DNA of 59,422 nucleotides from a plasmid: sequence record NZ_LC586269.1; one strand, 5' to 3'. Shown piece by piece: positions 53,227 to 59,422 of this stretch (position 1 is its first letter; each line of letters starts with the position of its first letter). The notes under the pieces were generated by a model. It saw only the letters and a program-made list of their open reading frames with translations, ran no database searches and was not told where the DNA came from. The position numbers and the translations under genes were made by a program.

Positions 53227-56193
53227 ATGCCACGTCGTTCAATCCTGTCCGCCGCCGAGCGCGAAAGCCTGCTGGCGTTGCCGGACACCAAGGATGAGTT
53301 GATCCGTCACTACACGTTCAGCGAAACCGACCTCTCCATCATCCGGCAGCGGCGCGGCCCGGCCAACCGGCTGGGCTTCGCCGTGCAGCTCTGTTACCTG
53401 CGCTTTCCTGGTGTCATCCTGGGCGTCGATGAGCCGCCGTTTCCGCCCTTGTTGAAACTGGTCGCCGACCAGCTCAAGGTCAGCGTCGAAAGCTGGGACG
53501 AATACGGGCAGCGGGAGCAGACCCGGCGCGAGCACCTGGTCGAACTGCAAACGGTGTTCGGCTTCCAGCCCTTTACCATGGGCCACTACCGGCAGGCCGT
53601 CCAGTTGCTGACCGAGATGGCCTTGCAGACCGACAAGGGCATCGTGCTGGCCAGCACCTTGATCGAGCACCTGCGGCAGCAGTCGGTCATTCTGCCTGCC
53701 CTCAACGCCGTCGAGCGGGCGAGCGCCGAAGCAATCACCCGCGCCAACCGGCGCATCTACGATGCCTTGGCCGAACCGCTGTCGGACGCGCATCGCCGCC
53801 GCCTCGACGATCTGCTCAAGCGTCGGGACAACGGCAAAACGACCTGGCTGGCCTGGCTGCGCCAATCGCCCGTCAAACCGAATTCGCGGCACATGCTGGA
53901 ACACATCGAACGCCTCAAAGCGTGGCAGGCGCTCGACCTGCCTTCTGGCATCGAGCGGTCGGTGCACCAGAACCGCCTGCTCAAGATCGCCCGTGAGGGT
54001 GGCCAGATGACGCCCGCCGACCTGGCCAAGTTCGAGGCGCAGCGACGCTATGCCACCCTGGTGGCGCTTGCCATCGAGGGCATGGCCACCGTCACCGACG
54101 AAATCATCGACCTGCACGACCGCATCCTGGGCAAGCTGTTCAACGCCGCCAAGAACAAGCATCAGCAGCAATTCCAGGCGTCCGGCAAGGCGATCAACGC
54201 CAAGGTGCGGTTGTTCGGCCGCATCGGCCAGGCGCTGATCGAGGCCAAGCAGGCGGGCCGCGATCCGTTCGCCGCCATCGAGGCCGTCATGTCCTGGGAT
54301 GCCTTCGCCGAGAGCGTCACCGAAGCGCAGAAGCTTGCGCAGCCCGAGGACTTCGATTTCCTGCACCGCATCGGCGAAAGCTACGCCACGCTGCGCCGCT
54401 ACGCGCCGGAATTCCTTGCCGTGCTCAAGCTGCGGGCCGCTCCCGCCGCGAAGGACGTGCTCGACGCCATCGAGGTGCTGCGCGGCATGAACAGCGACAA
54501 CGCCCGCAAGGTGCCCGCCGACGCGCCGACCGAGTTCATCAAGCCGCGCTGGCAGAAGCTGGTCATGACCGACACCGGCATCGACCGGCGCTACTACGAA
54601 CTATGCGCGCTGTCGGAGATGAAGAACGCGTTGCGTTCCGGCGACATCTGGGTGCAGGGGTCGCGCCAGTTCAAGGACTTCGAGGACTACCTGGTGCCGC
54701 CCGCGAAATTCGCCAGCCTCAAGCAGGCCAGCGAATTGCCGCTGGCCGTGGCCACCGACTGCAACCGGTACCTGAACGACCGGCTGACGCTGCTGGAAAC
54801 ACAGCTTGCCACCGTCAACCGTATGGCGACGGCCAACGAGCTGCCGGACGCCATCATCACCGAGTCAGGCTTGAAGATCACGCCGCTCGACGCGGCGGTA
54901 CCCGACACCGCCCAAGCGCTGATCGACCAGACGGCAATGATCCTGCCGCACGTCAAGATCACCGAACTGCTGCTGGAGGTGGACGAATGGACGGGCTTCA
55001 CTCGGCATTTCGCGCATCTGAAATCGGGCGACCCGGCCAAAGACAAGAACCTGTTGCTGACCACGATCCTCGCCGACGCGATCAACCTGGGCCTGACCAA
55101 GATGGCGGAGTCTTGCCCCGGCACGACCTACGCCAAGCTGGCTTGGCTGCAAGCCTGGCACATCCGCGACGAAACCTACGGGGCGGCGCTGGCCGATCTG
55201 GTCAACGCACAGTTCCGCCATCCCTTCGCCGAGCACTGGGGCGACGGCACCACCTCATCGTCGGACGGCCAGAACTTCCGCACCGGCAGCAAGGCCGAGA
55301 GCACCGGCCACATCAACCCGAAATACGGGAGCAGCCCAGGGCGGACGTTCTACACCCACATTTCTGACCAGTACGCGCCATTTCACACCAAGGTCGTGAA
55401 CGTCGGCGTGCGCGATTCGACCTACGTGCTCGACGGCCTGCTGTACCACGAGTCCGACTTGCGGATCGAGGAGCATTACACCGACACGGCGGGCTTCACC
55501 GATCACGTCTTCGCCCTGATGCACCTCCTGGGCTTCCGCTTCGCGCCGCGCATCCGCGACCTGGGCGACACCAAGCTCTACATCCCGAAGGGCGACGCCG
55601 CCTATGACGCGCTGAAACCCATGATCGGCGGCACGCTCAACATCAAGCACGTCCGCGCCCATTGGGACGAAATCCTGCGGCTGGCCACCTCGATCAAGCA
55701 GGGCACGGTGACGGCCTCCCTGATGCTCCGAAAGCTCGGCAGCTACCCACGCCAGAACGGCCTGGCCGTGGCGCTCCGCGAGCTGGGCCGCATCGAGCGC
55801 ACGCTGTTCATCCTGGACTGGCTGCAAAGCGTGGAACTGCGCCGCCGCGTGCATGCCGGCCTGAACAAGGGCGAGGCGCGCAATGCGCTGGCCAGGGCAG
55901 TGTTTTTCAACCGCCTGGGTGAAATCCGCGACCGCAGTTTCGAGCAGCAGCGCTACCGGGCTAGCGGCCTCAATCTGGTAACGGCTGCCGTCGTGTTGTG
56001 GAACACGGTCTATCTGGAACGGGCTGCGCACGCGCTGCGTGGCAACGGCCATGCCGTTGATGACGCGCTGTTGCAGTACCTGTCGCCGCTCGGTTGGGAG
56101 CACATCAACCTCACCGGCGATTACCTCTGGCGCAGCAGCGCCAAGATCGGCGCGGGCAAGTTCAGGCCGCTACGACCGCTGCAACCGGCTTAG
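53227..56193 (+). CDS. tnpA: Tn3-family (Tn21-subgroup) transposase TnpA
   Basis: 988 aa; stop overlaps the terminal IR. Confidence 0.95.
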   Translation: MPRRSILSAAERESLLALPDTKDELIRHYTFSETDLSIIRQRRGPANRLGFAVQLCYLRFPGVILGVDEPPFPPLLKLVADQLKVSVESWDEYGQREQTRREHLVELQTVFGFQPFTMGHYRQAVQLLTEMALQTDKGIVLASTLIEHLRQQSVILPALNAVERASAEAITRANRRIYDALAEPLSDAHRRRLDDLLKRRDNGKTTWLAWLRQSPVKPNSRHMLEHIERLKAWQALDLPSGIERSVHQNRLLKIAREGGQMTPADLAKFEAQRRYATLVALAIEGMATVTDEIIDLHDRILGKLFNAAKNKHQQQFQASGKAINAKVRLFGRIGQALIEAKQAGRDPFAAIEAVMSWDAFAESVTEAQKLAQPEDFDFLHRIGESYATLRRYAPEFLAVLKLRAAPAAKDVLDAIEVLRGMNSDNARKVPADAPTEFIKPRWQKLVMTDTGIDRRYYELCALSEMKNALRSGDIWVQGSRQFKDFEDYLVPPAKFASLKQASELPLAVATDCNRYLNDRLTLLETQLATVNRMATANELPDAIITESGLKITPLDAAVPDTAQALIDQTAMILPHVKITELLLEVDEWTGFTRHFAHLKSGDPAKDKNLLLTTILADAINLGLTKMAESCPGTTYAKLAWLQAWHIRDETYGAALADLVNAQFRHPFAEHWGDGTTSSSDGQNFRTGSKAESTGHINPKYGSSPGRTFYTHISDQYAPFHTKVVNVGVRDSTYVLDGLLYHESDLRIEEHYTDTAGFTDHVFALMHLLGFRFAPRIRDLGDTKLYIPKGDAAYDALKPMIGGTLNIKHVRAHWDEILRLATSIKQGTVTASLMLRKLGSYPRQNGLAVALRELGRIERTLFILDWLQSVELRRRVHAGLNKGEARNALARAVFFNRLGEIRDRSFEQQRYRASGLNLVTAAVVLWNTVYLERAAHALRGNGHAVDDALLQYLSPLGWEHINLTGDYLWRSSAKIGAGKFRPLRPLQPA

Positions 56194-56226
56194 CGTGCTT
56201 TATTTTCCGTTTTCTGAGGCGACCCC
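56189..56226 (-). repeat. 38-bp Tn21-subfamily terminal IR (IRtnp; reverse complement GGGGTCGCCTCAGAAAACGGAAAATAAAGCACGCTAAG)
   Basis: Inverted copy of the IR at 8839-8876. Confidence 0.9.
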
Positions 56227-56380
56227 CTTCATCGCGAATTGCACCGCCCAAGACGATCTGCACTGAAATCAATACTTTCTGATGCCTCTTGATTAGAGAT
56301 GCCAGCCATAATCATCTCATCGCCAACGCATACGGCGTTCGGCAGCCAACACACTCTCACTCACTACTGGAAGCTCAGAC

Positions 56381-56899
56381 ATGAAAACCATAGGCATTGA
56401 AAACTCGAAGTCCAGCGTACAGGCCCACTTAACGCTTGGAACCAAAACTATGGGGCTAGGTATCTATGGCGCGTACTTGGCTCTCGCTATTATTTACTTC
56501 TGGTTCGGCGGCATGAAATTTACCCACTACGAGGCCGAGGGCCTGGTTCCACTGGTGAGCAACAGCCCGCTTTTGGGATGGGTGTATAGCATTTTTTCGG
56601 TCGACATGTTCTCCAGCCTGCTCGGCATACTAGAGATTTCGATCGGCACTCTGATCGCAGGCCGCATGCTGTCGCCCAAACTATCCGTGGTAGGAGGCGC
56701 TCTGTCTGCAGGCCTGTTCTTCACAACCCTTAGCTTTATGTTTTCCACTCCGGGCGTCATTGAGCCTAGTTTAGGGTTTCCGGCGATTTCCGTTGCGCCA
56801 GGTCAGTTTCTGCTTAAAGACTTAGGGTTGCTTGCTGTTTCGATATTTGTGGCAGGCCATTCGCTGGTTGAACTGGAAAAACGTAAAATTAATGCATAA
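56381..56899 (+). CDS. Integral membrane protein (DoxX/DUF417-like)
   Basis: 172 aa, 4 TM segments. Confidence 0.45.
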   Translation: MKTIGIENSKSSVQAHLTLGTKTMGLGIYGAYLALAIIYFWFGGMKFTHYEAEGLVPLVSNSPLLGWVYSIFSVDMFSSLLGILEISIGTLIAGRMLSPKLSVVGGALSAGLFFTTLSFMFSTPGVIEPSLGFPAISVAPGQFLLKDLGLLAVSIFVAGHSLVELEKRKINA

Positions 56900-56910
56900 T
56901 TTTTTCAATG

Positions 56911-56940
56911 GCTTAAGGCAGTAATGCCTTAGGCCTTTTT
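56911..56940. terminator. Hairpin AAGGCAGTAATGCCTT with flanking A/T tracts (bidirectional)
   Basis: Between convergent genes. Confidence 0.55.
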
Positions 56941-57774
56941 GCCATCATTTTCCCCCGCCAGATCTTTCAACCAGTCACGAGGGCTCAACCCCGTCTTGCG
57001 TCTAAATGCGCGAGACAGCGCCGAAGGACTTTCGTAGCCGACTTGAGCTGCAATCAGCGTAATCGAGCGCCCTTCTCGCATCAGCTTCTGAGCCAGGCTA
57101 ACTCGCCAACTCAACAAATAATCAGCAGGCGTCTGTCCGATGACACTCTTGAAATGCACGGCATACGCAGCGCGTGACATATTTGACTCACTGGCCAGCT
57201 CTGCTATTGACCAGGCATGTTCCGGGGAGTTGTGCATCTGTAAAAGCGATCGGGCAAGCCGCATGTCGGCCAGTCCAGCCATCATTCCGGTGCGCAACTG
57301 GTGATGATCGAGCAGGTAACGGAGCAACAGAATGATTAGGAGCTCAAATAAGCGCTCAAGCGCGGCTTCCCTTCCACAATGCACATTTGCCGCCTCGGCA
57401 AACATCCACTCCAACGTGTCTGCCAGCATGGGCAGATCATCGAGTGCGAGCACCAAACAGTCCGGTAATGAAGCCGACAAAGGATTATCAATTCCGCCCT
57501 CAAACTCCATGGAAGCACACAACAACTTTGCGCCATCGGACTCACCCGCAAACAATTGATGCTTGGCGGGGCGTGGCATAAAAATCAAGCTAGGGCGAGT
57601 GAGCTGCAAATCCTTGCGATCGGGACCAAGCAACGTCACGCTGCCGGCCTGAAGCAGATGGATATAACCTCGCCGCTCGGCGCCATCGTAAGATGCAGAG
57701 CCGCATAGGTCGCCGTCATAGAACAGATTGGCCCGCACGCCGAACCGCGAGAGCAAATTAGACAAACGATCCAT
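56929..57774 (-). CDS. AraC/XylS-family transcriptional regulator (N-terminal cupin, C-terminal HTH)
   Basis: 281 aa. Confidence 0.8.
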   Translation of the reverse strand: MDRLSNLLSRFGVRANLFYDGDLCGSASYDGAERRGYIHLLQAGSVTLLGPDRKDLQLTRPSLIFMPRPAKHQLFAGESDGAKLLCASMEFEGGIDNPLSASLPDCLVLALDDLPMLADTLEWMFAEAANVHCGREAALERLFELLIILLLRYLLDHHQLRTGMMAGLADMRLARSLLQMHNSPEHAWSIAELASESNMSRAAYAVHFKSVIGQTPADYLLSWRVSLAQKLMREGRSITLIAAQVGYESPSALSRAFRRKTGLSPRDWLKDLAGENDGKKA

Positions 57775-57809
57775 TGGCCGATCCTTGACGAGTCAGAACG
57801 CACAGACCA

Positions 57810-59422
57810 TACCATTGTTGCCGCTGACCGAAAACTGACCCAGTAGAGGCTGTTCTGCCGACTGAAAACTGACCCAGGTGTTCAACTGCTTCTGCTCAAT
57901 TTTTGAGCAGGAGAACACAGGGTGATCAGTATGGAAATGATGGGCAAAATTCGCCGGATGTATTTCCGCGACAAGCTGTCGCTGCATGAGATAGCCAAGC
58001 GCACCGGGTTGGCGCGCAACACGATTCGCAAGTGGGTCAGAGCACCTGAGGCCAAGCCGCCGGTCTACCAACGCCGCGCGATCTTCAACAAACTCAGCCC
58101 TTTTCACGCCACGCTGGAGCAGGCGCTAAAAGCCGATTCGCTGCGGCCCAAGCAACAGCGGCGCAGTGCCAAGGCGCTGTTGGCGCAAATCAAAGCCGAA
58201 GGTTATGACGGTGGCTACAGCCAGCTCACCGCGTTTATCCGTGCCTGGCGAGGGGGACAGGGCAAGGCGTCGCAGGCCTTTGTGCCGCTGACCTTTGCTC
58301 TTGGCGAGGCGTTTCAGTTTGACTGGAGCGAGGAAGGCTTGCTGGTCGGCGGCATTTACCGGCGTATGCAGGTGGCACATCTGAAGCTGTGTGCCAGCCG
58401 TGCGTTCTGGCTTGTGGCGTATCCGAGCCAGGGCCATGAGATGTTATTTGACGCCCATACACGCTCGTTCGGCTCCTTGGGCGGCGTGCCGCGCCGGGGC
58501 ATCTACGACAACATGAAGACCGCCGTCGACAAGGTCAATAAGGGCAAAGGCCGGGCGGTGAATGCGCGCTTTGCGGTGATGTGCGCGCATTACCTGTTCG
58601 ATCCGGACTTCTGCAACGTCGCCGCTGGTTGGGAAAAGGGCATCGTTGAAAAGAACGTGCAAGACAGCCGCAGGCGTATCTGGCTAGACGCCCAGGACTG
58701 CCAGTTTCACTCCTTCGAGGAACTCAATGCCTGGCTGGGCCAGCACTGCCGCGCGCTTTGGAACGAGCTGACGCACCCTCAATACAGCGGGCTGAGTGTG
58801 GCCGAAGTGCTGGAGTTGGAGCGCGCTGAACTGATGCCTGTGCCAGCGCCATTCGACGGTTACGTCGAGCGGCCTGCGCGGGTCTCCAGCACCTGCCTGG
58901 TCAGCGTCGGGCGCAACCGCTACTCGGTGCCGTGTGAGTATGCGGGTAAGTGGGTCAGCAGCCGTTTGTATCCGACGCGAATCGAGGTGGTGGCTGACGA
59001 CGCGCTGATCGCCAGCCATGTCCGCTTGCTGGATCGCGACCAGGTCAGCTATGACTGGCAGCACTACCTCCCGCTGATCGAACGCAAGCCCGGTGCGCTG
59101 CGCAACGGCGCGCCCTTTGCTGATCTGCCGGCGCCGCTGCGTCAGCTTAAGCACGGTCTGGGGCGTCATGCCGGCGGTGACCGGATCATGGCGCAAGTTC
59201 TGGCTGCCGTACCGGTCGCCGGGCTCGATGCGGTGCTGGTGGCTGTTGAGCTGGTACTGGAAAGCGGCAGCCTGAGCGCCGAACACATCCTCAATGTCGT
59301 GGCGCGCCTGGCCGCGACCGAACCACCACCCAGCGTCGAAACCCACTTGTCGCTCAAGGAAGCCCCCGTCGCTAACACGGCGCGCTACGACCGCCTGCGT
59401 GGCCAGACCGAGGAGATCGGTC
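57810..59422 (+). mobile_element. Left portion of IS21-family element: terminal repeats GAAAACTGACCCAG at 57830 and 57864, and a partial istA
   Basis: Continues across the window end into istB at 1..804. Confidence 0.7.
57931..59422 (+). CDS. istA: IS21-family transposase IstA (N-terminal HTH, DDE domain); partial, runs off the window end
   Basis: MEMMGKIRRMYFRDKLSLHEIAKRTGLARNTIRKW...; no stop before the window end. Confidence 0.9.
   Translation, partial: MEMMGKIRRMYFRDKLSLHEIAKRTGLARNTIRKWVRAPEAKPPVYQRRAIFNKLSPFHATLEQALKADSLRPKQQRRSAKALLAQIKAEGYDGGYSQLTAFIRAWRGGQGKASQAFVPLTFALGEAFQFDWSEEGLLVGGIYRRMQVAHLKLCASRAFWLVAYPSQGHEMLFDAHTRSFGSLGGVPRRGIYDNMKTAVDKVNKGKGRAVNARFAVMCAHYLFDPDFCNVAAGWEKGIVEKNVQDSRRRIWLDAQDCQFHSFEELNAWLGQHCRALWNELTHPQYSGLSVAEVLELERAELMPVPAPFDGYVERPARVSSTCLVSVGRNRYSVPCEYAGKWVSSRLYPTRIEVVADDALIASHVRLLDRDQVSYDWQHYLPLIERKPGALRNGAPFADLPAPLRQLKHGLGRHAGGDRIMAQVLAAVPVAGLDAVLVAVELVLESGSLSAEHILNVVARLAATEPPPSVETHLSLKEAPVANTARYDRLRGQTEEIG

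Larger units (their letters stand above)
52480..56226 (+). mobile_element. Transposition module (res-tnpR-tnpA-IRtnp) of a Tn21-subfamily transposon; its mer module appears to be the separated segment 8839..11904
   Basis: Gene order and IRs. Confidence 0.75.

Noticed and set aside
53239-56103. Large antisense ORFs inside tnpA (53239..54366 -, 55255..56103 -) and inside merA (10219..10869 -, 11008..12072 -)
   Set aside because: Typical high-GC antisense ORFs inside well-supported genes.

Overview
This 59.4-kb, high-GC window looks like a Pseudomonas-type conjugative multidrug-resistance plasmid, possibly a complete circle. All calls below rest on motif recognition and recalled family features; no homology search was run.

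Circularity is suggested by an IS21-family element split across the window ends: a partial istA ends the window at 57931..59422 and istB runs from coordinate 1.

Resistance and transposon content:
- A reverse-oriented class 1 integron spans 1..7792. It carries IRi, intI1 with a strong Pc promoter, attI1, then cassettes blaVIM-2-like, aadA1, an aac(6')-Ib/II-family gene and a second aadA1, followed by the 3'-CS (qacEdelta1, sul1, orf5). The aadA1 cassette is present as a perfect 862-bp duplication.
- The IRi end lies next to a serine resolvase gene, consistent with res-site ('res-hunter') insertion.
- A Tn21-subfamily mercury transposon is present in two separated parts. The left part (8.8-12.4 kb) has the 38-bp IRmer, merR, the operator/promoter and merT-merP-merF-merA; merA has a replaced C-terminus, and a Tn402-type 25-bp IR fragment and an inverted res relic follow. 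The right part (52.5-56.2 kb) has res, tnpR, tnpA and IRtnp.

Between the two transposon parts lies about 40 kb of plasmid backbone:
- an accessory small-gene cluster with a duplicated promoter motif;
- topB, two unknown genes, parB and parA, plus 7 copies of the palindrome TTTCAGAATCTGAAA;
- a coupling-protein-like ATPase;
- a 1.4-kb noncoding iteron/palindrome region (candidate oriT or oriV);
- a winged-helix plus PD-(D/E)xK-like protein translationally coupled to a VirB11-like ATPase;
- an RHH regulator with palindromic operators;
- an MPF-T-like type IV secretion cluster (VirB1, 2, 4, 5, 6, 7, 8, 9, 10 homologues);
- ssb and a trimeric autotransporter adhesin;
- an IncFII-RepA-like replication gene with downstream direct repeats;
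- a leading-region-like set (DUF3560, kfrA, ParB-nuclease) with two paralogous ~215-bp leaders;
- a second serine recombinase, and a DoxX/AraC pair.

The most unusual observations:
- No canonical HUH relaxase is recognisable even though the mating-pair formation genes and a coupling protein are present.
- A previously undescribed composite repeat family (in-frame 96/105-bp tandem units, a ~230-bp unique part and a terminal palindrome) occurs at five module boundaries.

Hand-located motif coordinates may be off by 1-2 nt.
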